Shown here in pieces: positions 9,605 to 21,660 of a stretch of 64,000 bases of DNA. The DNA is from an uncultured Nitrospiraceae bacterium (GTDB lineage Bacteria; Nitrospirota; Thermodesulfovibrionia; Thermodesulfovibrionales; Dissulfurispiraceae): positions 416,001 to 480,000 of the forward strand of contig CAVPIW010000006.1 of assembly GCA_963705105.1 (NCBI GenBank), in the 5' to 3' direction. The notes beneath the pieces are model-generated. The model searched no databases. It saw only the letters and a program-made list of their open reading frames with translations, and was not told where the DNA came from. The stretch's first letter is position 1; the number at the start of each line of letters is the position of its first letter. The position numbers and the translations under genes are program-made.

Positions 9605-9946
9605 TCAGCAGGAAAGGTGGAGGCAGGCAACAACGTGTCTGTCAGGGTGCAGACCGTTGAATGCCTCCGCCGCATCGGCTGTCGTCATGACCCGGACGTC
9701 GATGCCCCGCTTCGTCAGTGTCTTCATGACCTCGGCGGGAACCTTCATCGAGGCGTAATAGCCCGTCCCGATGAGGATGATCTCGGGGTTCGCGGCGATG
9801 GCTTCGGGAAGATCATCGACGCAAAGACGGTGCCCCTCTCTCCGCCACCAGGGCGACAAGACGCGGTCCGGGAGGATGATGACGTCGTTGGTGAAGACAC
9901 GGCCGCCGATGGTGATCCGGCCAAAGGAATAGCGCCCGATTTTCAT
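9605..9946 (-). CDS. Mth938-like (DUF498/598) domain protein
   Basis: YSFGRITIGG, WWRREGH, PEIILIGTG, ACLHLSC. Confidence 0.85.
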   Translation of the reverse strand: MKIGRYSFGRITIGGRVFTNDVIILPDRVLSPWWRREGHRLCVDDLPEAIAANPEIILIGTGYYASMKVPAEVMKTLTKRGIDVRVMTTADAAEAFNGLHPDRHVVACLHLSC

Positions 9947-9961
9947 AATCCTATACACCCC

Positions 9962-10194
9962 TGTCCAAAATATCTTGAAGCGGGATCTTGAAGACGAGGA
10001 TAGGGTTTGGTTTCTGAAGCAAAATTCACGGGTAACGTGAACGGCGGCGGGAGTCGAAGGCGCAAGCCGCAGCGGGAGCCGCACAGTGTATTTGAGAAGA
10101 TATCCGTTTTCATAACAAAGACATGTTCATGAGGAGAGGGAGTTTATTTTCGAGGAAATCATGCCCTATCCTCGTGCCACGTTATTTTTGGACA
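9962..10194. mobile_element. Second MITE-like relic with bipartite inverted repeats
   Basis: TGTCCAAAA / TTTTGGACA termini plus a perfect 12-bp IR ACGAGGATAGGG (9994-10005) / CCCTATCCTCGT (10164-10175). Confidence 0.55.
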
Positions 10195-10281
10195 CCAATG
10201 GATCCTGTAGTATAATCAACGGGGCAGTCCGATTCCCACTCAAAGCTCTGCATGAGTACCCGATAACAGAAGGAGGATTTC

Positions 10282-11496
10282 ATGGCAACAAAGATCGTTC
10301 TGGCATATTCCGGCGGCCTCGACACGTCCGTCGCCATACAATGGCTCAAGGAGAACTACGATGCCGAAGTCATCGCCTTCTGCGCGGACCTCGGCCAGGG
10401 AGAGGACCTGCAGGAAGTCCGGGAGAAGGCACGGAAAACGGGCGCCTCAAAGGTCTACGTCGAGGACCTCCGGGAGGAGTTTGTCCGTGACTTCATCTTT
10501 CCCATGCTGAGGTTCAACGCCCTGTACGAAGGCACGTACATGCTCGGCACATCCATCGCGAGGCCCCTTATCGCCAAGAAGCAGATCGACATCGCCCGGG
10601 CCGAGGGCGCCGACGCCGTTTCCCATGGCGCGACAGGCAAGGGCAACGACCAGGTGCGGTTCGAGCTGACTTACTATGCATTGAAGCCCAACATCAGGGT
10701 CATCGCCCCCTGGCGGGAGTGGACCTTCGACTCCCGGCAGTCTCTCATCGACTATGCCGGGAAGCACGGCATCCCCGTCACGGCGACGAAGGAAAAGCCC
10801 TACAGCACGGACCGGAACATATTTCACATCAGCTACGAGGGCGGGATCCTCGAAGACCCCTGGGCCGAGCCGCCTGCCGACATGTATACGATGATGAAGC
10901 CTGCCGGACAGGCGCCGGACAAGCCTACTTATATCACTGTCGAGTACGAGGGAGGCGACCCCGTCGGTCTCAACGGCGAACGCCTGTCACCGGCCGTCCT
11001 CTTTGAAAAACTGAATGCCGTCGCCGGGGACAACGGCATCGGCCGAGTCGACATCGTCGAGAACCGCTATGTCGGCATCAAGTCCCGGGGCGTCTATGAG
11101 ACTCCCGCGGGCTCGGTCCTCCATGTCGCCCACCGCGCCGTCGAGTCCCTCACCCTCGACAGGGAGGTGCTCCATATCCGGGACTCCCTCATCACAAAGT
11201 ATGCGGAGCTCGTCTATTACGGCTACTGGTTCGCCCCGGAGCGGGAGATGCTCCAGGCGGCCGTCGATGCCATCCAGAAGCAGGTCACCGGCACGGCGAG
11301 ACTGAGGCTCTACAAGGGAAACTGCACCGTCGTGGGACGAAAATCTCCCCTGTCGCTCTACAATCCCGAGCTGGCCACCTTCGAGTCGGAGCGGATTTAC
11401 AATCAAAAGGATGCCGAGGGTTTCATCAGGCTCAATGCCCTCCGTCTTAAGGTGCGCCACATGCTCGAAGCCGCTGGAGGCGTTGCTGAAGCCTGA
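10282..11496 (+). CDS. argG: Argininosuccinate synthase
   Basis: [35 protein letters not shown]. Confidence 0.98.
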   Translation: MATKIVLAYSGGLDTSVAIQWLKENYDAEVIAFCADLGQGEDLQEVREKARKTGASKVYVEDLREEFVRDFIFPMLRFNALYEGTYMLGTSIARPLIAKKQIDIARAEGADAVSHGATGKGNDQVRFELTYYALKPNIRVIAPWREWTFDSRQSLIDYAGKHGIPVTATKEKPYSTDRNIFHISYEGGILEDPWAEPPADMYTMMKPAGQAPDKPTYITVEYEGGDPVGLNGERLSPAVLFEKLNAVAGDNGIGRVDIVENRYVGIKSRGVYETPAGSVLHVAHRAVESLTLDREVLHIRDSLITKYAELVYYGYWFAPEREMLQAAVDAIQKQVTGTARLRLYKGNCTVVGRKSPLSLYNPELATFESERIYNQKDAEGFIRLNALRLKVRHMLEAAGGVAEA

Positions 11497-12652
11497 TACG
11501 GCCAGGGTCCGCACCGACAGGGCAAAGGGAGGAGACCGCAGCAGCGGGGACCTCGCCTTCTGGCTCGCCCTCCATTTTCTGAAGGATATCGGACCGGTCA
11601 CCGCCCGGAGCCTTCTTGCCTTGTACCATGACCCGGCAAAGATTTTCGGGGCCTCCTTCGACGATCTCAGGCATATCGGGTTTGTCGGAGAGCTCAAGGC
11701 GCGGAGGATAAAGGCCTTTGACGACTGGGCCGCCGTGGATCATGAGATAAAGACGGTCGAACAGCAGGGCATCCGCATAATCAGGTGTGTCGACGGCGAT
11801 TACCCGGAGCTCCTCAGGCATATCGATGACGCACCGCTCCTCCTCTACGTGAAGGGGACCCTGAAAGAGACGGACCGTCACGCCGTCGCGATGGTGGGGT
11901 CCCGGAAGATGTCCGGATACGGTGCGAAAGTGGCCTGGCTCCTCTCCACGGAGCTTGCGACCTGCGGTCTGACCATAGTGAGCGGCATGGCTGTGGGCAT
12001 CGATACCGTCTCTCACCGCGGGGCCCTCAGCACAGGCGGCAGGACCATCGCCGTCCTCGGCTGCGGCCTCGACCAGCCCTATCCGCCTCAAAACAAAGAG
12101 CTTTTCGATGCGATCGCGGAAAAGGGGTGCGTGGTCAGCGAATTTCCCCTCGGGACGCCGCCCCTGAGGGAGCATTTTCCCCGCCGGAACAGGCTGATCA
12201 GCGGCCTCTCCCTCGGTGTCATCGTCGTCGAGGCGGCCGCGCAAAGCGGTTCCCTGATCACGGCGGGCTGCGCCCTCGAACAGGGCAGGGAGGTCTTCGC
12301 CGTTCCCGGCAGCATCACCTCCTCTTCCTCAAAGGGCACCAACGGTCTCATCAGGAAAGGCGCCGTCGTTGTCCGGTCCGTCGAGGATGTCCTCGAAGAG
12401 TTGTCCCCCCATCTCGGGGGGATGCCTGGGATCACCAGCCGGGAAAAGGCGCATCTCGGCCGCGAGGCCTCACTTGAAATAAGCGCCGATGAAAAGGCAA
12501 TATGTAATGTTCTGGGGGACGAGCCGAAACACGTCGACATAGTCGCCCGGGAGACGCAGATCCCGGCGGCCCGGCTTCTCGGCATGCTCCTGAATCTCGA
12601 AATAAAAGGCATTGTAAAACAGGCGGAGGGCAAGAGGTTTTTCCTCGCCTAA
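11483..12652 (+). CDS. dprA: DNA-processing protein DprA
   Basis: [45 protein letters not shown]; start approximate. Confidence 0.95.
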   Translation: MLKPDTARVRTDRAKGGDRSSGDLAFWLALHFLKDIGPVTARSLLALYHDPAKIFGASFDDLRHIGFVGELKARRIKAFDDWAAVDHEIKTVEQQGIRIIRCVDGDYPELLRHIDDAPLLLYVKGTLKETDRHAVAMVGSRKMSGYGAKVAWLLSTELATCGLTIVSGMAVGIDTVSHRGALSTGGRTIAVLGCGLDQPYPPQNKELFDAIAEKGCVVSEFPLGTPPLREHFPRRNRLISGLSLGVIVVEAAAQSGSLITAGCALEQGREVFAVPGSITSSSSKGTNGLIRKGAVVVRSVEDVLEELSPHLGGMPGITSREKAHLGREASLEISADEKAICNVLGDEPKHVDIVARETQIPAARLLGMLLNLEIKGIVKQAEGKRFFLA

Positions 12653-12673
12653 CCGCCGCCTGGAGGAGGGGGA

Positions 12674-12958
12674 TTGGCGCAGAGATTCATTAACGTCCTG
12701 CGGGGGCTCGCCCGGGAACTCATCGAGAAGGGCTACGACGCAGAGGATGTGGTGAGGCAGATCAGCTACATCGACATCGATTTTTTGACGATAAAGGAAG
12801 AGCTGATGAAGCTGGAGGTGTCGAATAACATTGAAGAGGCGGAGCTCGACACGATCAGGGCGCTTCTCGCATATATATTGCTGAAGGAGACGGAGCTCGA
12901 GATCGAGGACATCTATGCGTTCGTCTTCGGCAGGGGACGTCAGATCACCTGGAACTGA
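12674..12958 (+). CDS. Small acidic protein, possibly Smg/DUF494-related
   Basis: Strong RBS, acidic helical sequence, sits between dprA and topA where smg usually lies. Confidence 0.5.
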   Translation: MAQRFINVLRGLARELIEKGYDAEDVVRQISYIDIDFLTIKEELMKLEVSNNIEEAELDTIRALLAYILLKETELEIEDIYAFVFGRGRQITWN

Positions 12959-12968
12959 GGGGGGAGGA

Positions 12969-15299
12969 TTGAAATCACTCGTCATTGTTGAATCGCCGGC
13001 CAAGGCGAGGACCATACACAAGATCCTGGGCAAGGAATTCGGGGTCAAGGCGTCGATCGGGCATATCAAGGATCTGCCGAAAAAGGACGTCGGTGTCGAC
13101 GTCGATCATGACTTCGCTCCCAGCTACACGGTCATTCCGGGGAAGGAAAAAGTCGTCGAGGAACTGACGAAAGAGGCGAAGAAGGCTGACACGATCTACA
13201 TCGCCACGGACCCTGACCGGGAAGGCGAGGCGATCGCTTACCACATCGCCGAGGTCGTGACCCCGCCAAAGGGCTCCAAGCCTATTTACCGCGTCACCTT
13301 TCACGAGATCACAGACCGGGTCGTCAGGGATGCCATCCTGCACCCGTCGGCTATCGATATGAACAAGGTGGAGGCCCAGCAGGCACGGCGGGTCCTGGAC
13401 CGCCTCGTGGGGTACAATCTCAGCCCCTTCCTCTGGAAGAAGGTGCGGAGGGGCCTCAGCGCCGGGAGGGTCCAGTCCGTAGCGGTGCGTCTTGTCGTCG
13501 ACCGCGAGCGCGAGATAAGCGCCTTTCGGAAAGAGGAGTACTGGACCGTCGACGCCCTCTTCCGGCATGTCCCGGAGAGCGCGGACGCTGCTGCCGCCGC
13601 CGGCGGGGAGTTCAGGGCGAAGCTGTTCCGCCACGAGGGTTCCCTTGTCGTCAACCGTGACGGGGCCGAGGGGAAGCGCTTTCTCATCGGTGACGAGGAG
13701 GCGGCCCGTCGTGTCGTCGAGAGCATCAGGGACAAGGAGTTCTTTCTTTCGAACGTCGAGAAGAAGCTGCGAAAGAAATCGCCCTCGCCGCCTTTCATCA
13801 CAAGCACCCTTCAGCAAGAGGCGGCCAGGAAGCACAAATTCCCGGCGAAAAAGACAATGGCTGTCGCGCAGAAGCTCTATGAAGGCGTTGAGCTGGGCGC
13901 CGAGGGGGCCGTCGGTCTCATCACGTACATGAGAACGGACTCGTTCAGGGTCGCCCCGGAGTCACAAAAATGGGCGAGGGACCTCATCGAAGAGCGGTTC
14001 GGGAAAAAGTTCCTGCCGCCGAAGCCGCCCTTTTACCGCAGCAAGGAGACGGCACAGGAGGCCCATGAGGCGATCCGTCCCACCTATCCGGACAAGACCC
14101 CGGACCGGGTGAAGTCCTTCCTGTCAAGGGACGAATACAACCTCTACACATTGATCTGGAACAGGTTCATCGCCAGCCAGATGGCCCCGGCCGAGCTTGA
14201 ACAGACGACCTTCATCATCGGCCTGCGCGAGGGGGGCAACGAGATCGAGGGAACGGAGCTCAGGGCTACCGGCACGGTCATCCGCTTTCCCGGCTTCATG
14301 GCCCTGTACACAGAGAGCAGGGACGAGGCGGATGACGAGGACAAAGAGATCCTCCCGCCTCTCGACACGGGCGTTCCCCTCGACCTCCTTGATCTCCAGC
14401 CGGTCCAGCATTTCACGCAGCCTCCCCCCCGGTACAGCGAGGCGTCCCTTGTGCGGACCCTTGAGGAGAAGGGGATCGGCAGGCCGAGCACGTATGCTGC
14501 GATCCTCTCGACGATCCAGGACCGGAAGTATGCCCAGAAAGAGGAGGGACGGTTCGTGCCCACGGAGCTGGGCGTCGTCGTGAACGACCTGCTCGTCGAC
14601 AGGTTCCCCGAGCTGCTGGATGCGGGGTTTACTGCGAAGATGGAGAACGATCTGGACGACATCGAAAACGCCAAGCGGCAATGGGTGAAGGTGGTGCGGG
14701 ACTTCTACACGCCTTTTCAGTCGGTCCTCGCCCAGGCGACGCAAGACGCCGGTCGTGTCAAGCCCCAGGACATCCCCACGGACATCAACTGCGAGAAATG
14801 CGGATCTCCGATGGTCGTGCGCTGGGGACGGCACGGAAGGTTCCTCGCCTGCACCGGCTATCCGAAGTGCAAGAACACGAAGCCCATCAGCGGCAATGGG
14901 GAGAAGCAGGCCGATCCCGTGATGAGCGGCGAGATCTGTGACAAGTGCGGCGCCGCCATGCTGATCAAAACGGGCAGGTTCGGAAAGTTTCTTGCCTGCT
15001 CGAATTACCCGGAATGCAAGAGCTCCCGGCCCCTGTCGACGGGTGTGAAGTGCCCCCAGGACGGCGGCGACATCGTTGAACGGCGCTCCAAGAAGGGGCG
15101 GCGCTTCTGGAGCTGCAGCAATTATCCGTCCTGCACCTTCAGCCTCTGGAGCCGGCCGGTGCCGAAAGCCTGCCCACGCTGCTCCTCGCCGTTCCTGATC
15201 GAGAGAAGGGATAAAGCGGGAAATATTGTTCTGTCCTGCCCGACGAAGGACTGCCGTCACAGGGAGACGGTGGCGGAGGATGCTCCCCAGGCCACCTGA
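12969..15299 (+). CDS. topA: DNA topoisomerase I with C-terminal zinc ribbons
   Basis: LVIVESPAKA, ATDPDREGE, SAGRVQS, ITYMRTDS, GIGRPSTY, repeated CxxC ribbons. Confidence 0.98.
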   Translation: MKSLVIVESPAKARTIHKILGKEFGVKASIGHIKDLPKKDVGVDVDHDFAPSYTVIPGKEKVVEELTKEAKKADTIYIATDPDREGEAIAYHIAEVVTPPKGSKPIYRVTFHEITDRVVRDAILHPSAIDMNKVEAQQARRVLDRLVGYNLSPFLWKKVRRGLSAGRVQSVAVRLVVDREREISAFRKEEYWTVDALFRHVPESADAAAAAGGEFRAKLFRHEGSLVVNRDGAEGKRFLIGDEEAARRVVESIRDKEFFLSNVEKKLRKKSPSPPFITSTLQQEAARKHKFPAKKTMAVAQKLYEGVELGAEGAVGLITYMRTDSFRVAPESQKWARDLIEERFGKKFLPPKPPFYRSKETAQEAHEAIRPTYPDKTPDRVKSFLSRDEYNLYTLIWNRFIASQMAPAELEQTTFIIGLREGGNEIEGTELRATGTVIRFPGFMALYTESRDEADDEDKEILPPLDTGVPLDLLDLQPVQHFTQPPPRYSEASLVRTLEEKGIGRPSTYAAILSTIQDRKYAQKEEGRFVPTELGVVVNDLLVDRFPELLDAGFTAKMENDLDDIENAKRQWVKVVRDFYTPFQSVLAQATQDAGRVKPQDIPTDINCEKCGSPMVVRWGRHGRFLACTGYPKCKNTKPISGNGEKQADPVMSGEICDKCGAAMLIKTGRFGKFLACSNYPECKSSRPLSTGVKCPQDGGDIVERRSKKGRRFWSCSNYPSCTFSLWSRPVPKACPRCSSPFLIERRDKAGNIVLSCPTKDCRHRETVAEDAPQAT

Positions 15300-15304
15300 T
15301 TTTC

Positions 15305-16087
15305 ATGGTCCGTCGCCCTTTCACCGTCGGGATCGCGGGGGCTCACAGCTGCTCCGGCAAAACATCCCTCGCCTCAGCTATCCTGAGGCGCATCACCAAA
15401 TCACCTTTCCGCCTGCCCCGGGGCGGAGCGGCCCTGCGGTGGGGCGCCATCAAATACTCGAAGTCTTCACTCTACACGTCGCTCATCGATGACCCCGGCA
15501 CCCTCCGCCAGGAGGGAAAGGACACGCGGATCATGCTTGACGCGGGAGCCGCAGAGGTCCTCATGGTCAAAGCCCCGAGGGAGGACCTCGAAAACGTGAT
15601 GCCCCTCGCCATGGACAGGCTCTCCGGTCTCGACGGCGTCATGATCGAGGGGAACAGCGCGATTGAGTTTATAAATCCTGATATTGTACTATTTATGGTA
15701 CGGGGTGACGAGGAGCGGATCAAGCCTTCGGCGCTGCAACTGAAGAAAAGTGCGGACATCGTCATCCTCTGGGATGAGGGGAGCCGCAGTGAAGACGAAA
15801 AAGGAGCTGTTGCCCGCGACGGAGATGCCGCCCCGGGCAGACAGTTCATCATGGCCGTCAGGGATTTCGCCGGACCGGCCATTGAACGCCTCGTGAGCCA
15901 GATGGAAGAAATATCAAAACGAAAGTTGATCGAAAACCTCCTCATCGACCGGTCCGTGGACGGCAGGATCGCCTGCGCCGTTGCGAGGGGCATTGCCGAG
16001 GAGCTCGACGTGCCGTACCAGGATGTCGGTAATGCCGCCAATGCCCTGAAGATCAAGGTTCGAGAGTGTGAACTTGGCTGTTTTTAG
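15305..16087 (+). CDS. MobB-like P-loop protein fused to a small Cys-containing C-terminal domain
   Basis: GAHSCSGKTSL, GKDT..MLDAGA, IEGNSA; C-terminal IACAVARGIAEEL...IKVRECELGCF. Confidence 0.65.
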   Translation: MVRRPFTVGIAGAHSCSGKTSLASAILRRITKSPFRLPRGGAALRWGAIKYSKSSLYTSLIDDPGTLRQEGKDTRIMLDAGAAEVLMVKAPREDLENVMPLAMDRLSGLDGVMIEGNSAIEFINPDIVLFMVRGDEERIKPSALQLKKSADIVILWDEGSRSEDEKGAVARDGDAAPGRQFIMAVRDFAGPAIERLVSQMEEISKRKLIENLLIDRSVDGRIACAVARGIAEELDVPYQDVGNAANALKIKVRECELGCF

Positions 16088-16900
16088 ACCGGGGACTCTC
16101 CTCTTTGAGCTCGCCCTGACCTTTTACTTCGCCTCGACGATCATCAGCGTCGTCGAGCTTTTCCGGGGCAGCAAGGAATCGAGCCGGCTGATGCTCATCC
16201 TGACGGGCGCCGGCTTTGCAGTTCATACCTTCAGCATCCTGTACCGTTACATCACCGCCGGTTACCTGCCCATCACGAGTATGCACGAGGCGTCGTCTTT
16301 TTTTGCCTGGTGCGTCGTCGTCATCTACTTCTTCCTCGAATACCGCTATAAAATCGGGATCATGGGGTCGTTCATCCTGCCCGTTATTTTCATCCTCATG
16401 CTCTCGTCATCCGTTCTGCCCCGTGAGATCAGGCCGCTGAGCCCCGTGCTCCAGAGTTACTGGCTCTGGATTCACACCACCATCGCCTTTCTGGGTAATG
16501 CCGCCTTTGCCGTGGCGTCGGGCATCGGCGTGATGTATCTCCTCCAGGAGCACTACGTCAAATCGAAGCGGCTGGGAGGGATGTTCCAAAAGCTTCCCAG
16601 CCTCCAGGTGCTCGACGAGATGAACTACAGGCTCATCTCCGTTGGCTTTCCCCTGCTCACAATGGCGATCATCACCGGCGCCCTCTGGGCGGAAAGCGCC
16701 TGGGGAAGCTACTGGCGGTGGGACCCGAAAGAGGTCTGGTCTCTCATCACATGGTTCATTTACGCCCTTGTCCTCCACATCCGCCTCACCGCAGGCTGGA
16801 GGGGCAAGAAGGCCGCCATCCTGTCGATCATCGGCTTCCTCGTCGTCCTCTTCACCTTTTACGGGGTGAACATCTTCCTCAAGAGCCTCCACTCTTTCCC

Positions 16901-16904
<4 letters not shown>
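16068..16904 (+). CDS. ccsA: Cytochrome c biogenesis protein CcsA/CcsB (System II)
   Basis: WWD motif GALWAESAWGSYWRWDPKEVWS, LQSYWLWIH. Confidence 0.93.
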
Positions 16905-18169
<1,265 letters not shown>

Positions 18170-18443
18170 ACCATGCCTGCGCGGTCTCCGGGAAGGCACG
18201 GTCTTCGGGAAGGCAGATATGGTTCAAAGCCTTTCCAATGCGATGATGAGACATCTCAAGGTGTTCAGCGCCTGTTGCCTGACGGGCTTTTGTCATCTGT
18301 CGACACGGCAAAGGGTGGTCTGGGGATGAACAGGGTATCTTAGCGGAAAGGCTTTTCACCACATCAGCCTTCCCTCCCGCGTGTTCCCGGCCTTGTTCCG
18401 ACTATTGACCGTCTGCTGTCTGTTGTTTAGTTTCATCATCGGT

Positions 18444-18468
18444 GTAGGGGCCGTTCCGCGAACGGCCC
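18444..18468 (+). repeat. GTAG-type REP palindrome
   Basis: GTAG-GGGCCGTTC-CGC-GAACGGCCC in the hemA-hemC spacer. Confidence 0.6.
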
Positions 18469-18564
18469 GATGTGGGAGAAAGAAGAGGGCTCTTTCTTTG
18501 TGCTTTTAGCGGCTTTGCGTGAGATAAGAAGAGATTGAAAATTACGGCAGGAGTGTCATAAATC

Positions 18565-19554
18565 GTGAAGAGAAAAAAGATCGTCATCGGGACGAGGGGG
18601 AGCAAACTCGCCCTCTGGCAGGCGGAATGGGTGGCGGGGAAGCTGAGGGAGCGTGACCCCGACGTCGAGATAGAGCTGAACAAAATCAAGACGACGGGCG
18701 ACAAGATCCTCGATGTCCCCCTTGCTAAAGTGGGGGGGAAGGGGCTCTTCGTCAAGGAGATCGAAGAGGCTCTCCTGCGACATGAGGCCGACATCGCCGT
18801 CCACAGCATGAAGGATGTGCCGACGGATTTCCCCGACGGACTCCATCTCGCCGTCATCTGCAGGAGGGAGGACCCCCGGGACGCCTTCATCGCGCCTGTC
18901 GAGGGAGGGGCCTTCAAAGTCAGGAGATTTGCCGACCTTCCCCAAGGCGCCGTCGTCGGCACGAGCAGCCTGAGGAGGGCCTGCCAGATCCTCAGTATCA
19001 GGCCCGACATCCGCATCGGCCAGCTCCGCGGAAACCTCGACACCCGGCTGAGAAAGCTCGACGAGGGCCAGTTCGACGCGATCATCCTCGCCGCCGCCGG
19101 GGTGAAGCGACTCGGCTGGGATAAGCGGATCACCGAGATCCTCGAACCCGAGGTGAGCCTGCCGGCCATCGGTCAGGGCGCTGTCGGCATCGAGTGCAGG
19201 ATAGATGACGATGTCGTCCATCAGGTTATCGGTCCGCTCGGGCATGAAGAGACCGCTGCGTGCGTGCGGGCTGAACGGGCCTTTCTCACGAAACTCGAGG
19301 GCGGCTGCCAGGTCCCCATCGCTGCCTTTGCGCGACTGGAGGGCGGGGACGTCCCTGTCCTCGTTATGGACGGCCTCGTCGGCAGCGTCACCGGTGACCG
19401 GATCATCAGGGTCCATGGCAAGGGAAAGCCCGATGAGGGAGAGAAGATCGGGACGGACCTTGCCGAGCGGATCCTCGCCCGGGGCGCCCGGGAGATCCTC
19501 GATGCCGTCTACGGCAAGAACGGCCCCGTCGTCGACGGGGAGATTGCGAGCTGA
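18565..19554 (+). CDS. hemC: Hydroxymethylbilane synthase
   Basis: GTRGSKLALWQ, GKGLFVKE, AVHSMKD, GTSSLRR, LEGGCQVP. Confidence 0.98.
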   Translation: MKRKKIVIGTRGSKLALWQAEWVAGKLRERDPDVEIELNKIKTTGDKILDVPLAKVGGKGLFVKEIEEALLRHEADIAVHSMKDVPTDFPDGLHLAVICRREDPRDAFIAPVEGGAFKVRRFADLPQGAVVGTSSLRRACQILSIRPDIRIGQLRGNLDTRLRKLDEGQFDAIILAAAGVKRLGWDKRITEILEPEVSLPAIGQGAVGIECRIDDDVVHQVIGPLGHEETAACVRAERAFLTKLEGGCQVPIAAFARLEGGDVPVLVMDGLVGSVTGDRIIRVHGKGKPDEGEKIGTDLAERILARGAREILDAVYGKNGPVVDGEIAS

Positions 19555-19557
19555 GCC

Positions 19558-21090
19558 ATGGATAAGGGAAAGGTCTACATCGTCGGAGCGGGCCCGGGAG
19601 ACATAGGGCTGCTGACACTCAAGGGGTTCCGGTATCTCCAGATGGCGGAAGTCGTCGTCTACGATTTTCACCTCAATGCCCAGATGCTCAATTACATCAG
19701 CCACGACGCCGAGTTCATCTACGCCGGCAAGCGGGGCGGCCATCATGCCATGACCCAGGATGAGATCAACGCGGCCCTCGTGAAGAAGGCCAAGGAGGGC
19801 AAGATCGTCTGCCGGCTCAAGGGGGGTGATCCCTTCGTGTTCGGCCGGGGAGGGGAGGAGGCGGAGGTGCTCGCCGCCGAGGGGATCCCCTTCGAGATCG
19901 TCCCCGGTATCAGCTCAGCCATTGCGGCGCCCGCCTATGCGGGCATACCCCTGACGCACCGCCGCTTTTCCTCTTCCTTCGCCGTCGTGACAGGCAACGA
20001 GGACGTGACCAAACCGGAGAGCGCCATCGACTGGTCAAAGCTCGCAAAGGGTTTTGACACCCTCGTCTTTCTCATGGGGGTGAAAAACATCGGCAACATC
20101 ACGGCAAGGCTGATGGAGAACGGGAAACCGCCGGACACGCCTGTCGCCATCGTCCGGTGGGGTACACGGCCGGATCAGAAGACCGTCGTGAGCACGCTGA
20201 TGAACATCGCAGGGCTCGTCCGGGAGGAGAGGATCAGACCGCCGGCGGTCATGGTCGTCGGGCCCGTGGTGACATTGCGGGAGACCCTCAAATGGTATGA
20301 GAACAAACCCCTCTTCGGCCACCGGATCCTGATCACGAGGGATTACACGAAGGATTACCAGGCCCTTGAAGACCTGGGAGGGGAGATCTTCGAGTTCCCG
20401 ACCGTCGAGATCACGCCTCCCGATGACTTCTCGGACCTCGACCGGTGCATCGACAGGCTGGACGGCTACGAATGGCTCATCTTCACGAGCGCCAACGGAT
20501 TCCGGCATTTCCTGGAGAGGATCATGTCCCGGGGCAAGGACGTGAGAGACCTCCGGGGGCCGAAGATATGCGCCATCGGGAGCAAGACCGCCGAGGCCAT
20601 CGGCAGGTACGGCATCCGTGTCGATCTCGTCCCTGAGGAATTCAACGCCGAAGGGCTTGTCGAGACTTTTCGCAATCTCTTCGGTCAGGGCGGTATCAGG
20701 GGCAAGAGATTTCTCCTGCCCCGGGCGGAAAAGGCCCGCGAGGTCTTTCCCGCAAAGATCCGCGAGCTGGGAGGGGAGATCGACACGCCGACGGCCTATT
20801 GCGCGCGAAAGCGCGAGCGGCACGGGAAGAGGCTGAAAAGGTATATCGACGAGCGCCGCATCACCATTGCCACGTTTACAAGTGCGGCGACGTTCAGGAA
20901 CTTCGTGGACATTATGGGCGAGGAGTCCATCGGGTTTCTCAAGACGGCGGCGATAGCCGTTCTCGGTCCCGTCACGGCACGGGCGATCGAAAAGGCTGGA
21001 CTGACCGTCACAATCATGCCGAAGGAGGCGACGATCAAGGCAATGGTCGATGAGATCGCCCGCTGGGCGACGGAGAGAAAAAAGGCCTAG
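19558..21090 (+). CDS. cobA: Uroporphyrinogen-III C-methyltransferase / uroporphyrinogen-III synthase fusion (CobA-HemD)
   Basis: GAGPGD, RLKGGDPFVFGRGGEE; C-terminal HemD IFTSANG, FTSAATF. Confidence 0.95.
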   Translation: MDKGKVYIVGAGPGDIGLLTLKGFRYLQMAEVVVYDFHLNAQMLNYISHDAEFIYAGKRGGHHAMTQDEINAALVKKAKEGKIVCRLKGGDPFVFGRGGEEAEVLAAEGIPFEIVPGISSAIAAPAYAGIPLTHRRFSSSFAVVTGNEDVTKPESAIDWSKLAKGFDTLVFLMGVKNIGNITARLMENGKPPDTPVAIVRWGTRPDQKTVVSTLMNIAGLVREERIRPPAVMVVGPVVTLRETLKWYENKPLFGHRILITRDYTKDYQALEDLGGEIFEFPTVEITPPDDFSDLDRCIDRLDGYEWLIFTSANGFRHFLERIMSRGKDVRDLRGPKICAIGSKTAEAIGRYGIRVDLVPEEFNAEGLVETFRNLFGQGGIRGKRFLLPRAEKAREVFPAKIRELGGEIDTPTAYCARKRERHGKRLKRYIDERRITIATFTSAATFRNFVDIMGEESIGFLKTAAIAVLGPVTARAIEKAGLTVTIMPKEATIKAMVDEIARWATERKKA

Positions 21091-21623
21091 TCGCCCTTGG
21101 CGTGGCCGTTTCCTCCCATGTGGAGCCGGCGCTCGACGGCGGGATCGAGCTTGATCCAGACGATGATCCTGTCGCCCTTTTCACTGTAATACGTCTCCAG
21201 GACGTCGGGTGTCCCGTACTCGATGGTGAGATACAGGGGTCTCAGCTCGAACCCGATGGTTTTCCCCTGCCTGCTGACCACCTTGCTCAGGTATGAATTC
21301 CGGAAGGCATAATGGGAACGGACAAACTCCTCCGCTTTCTTCAGGGCATCGGCGCCGGTGAGACCCTTGATGACGCGATAGTCGAAATCGGGAGCGTAGG
21401 GATCAAAGGTATACCCGTCTCCTTCCAGATCGAGGATCGCGACGGTCTTGATGTCGCCGGAGTATCCTCCCCCGTAAAGGATAAGCGTGTATGTCCCCTT
21501 CACCTCGCTTTCCTGGGCCGCATAGGTCAGCAGCCGCTCTCCAAAGCCGAAGGGGAACGCCGCCTGCGCGGCAAAAAGTGTCCCCGTCAGAACGATGACA
21601 CAGATGATCAATCCCTTTTTCAT
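21087..21623 (-). CDS. Hypothetical secreted protein
   Basis: Signal peptide, RBS GAGGGA, coherent 178-aa ORF. Confidence 0.7.
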   Translation of the reverse strand: MKKGLIICVIVLTGTLFAAQAAFPFGFGERLLTYAAQESEVKGTYTLILYGGGYSGDIKTVAILDLEGDGYTFDPYAPDFDYRVIKGLTGADALKKAEEFVRSHYAFRNSYLSKVVSRQGKTIGFELRPLYLTIEYGTPDVLETYYSEKGDRIIVWIKLDPAVERRLHMGGNGHAKGD

Positions 21624-21660
21624 TTTATTCCCTCACTTTCCGTATGTTCATCATCTTCTT

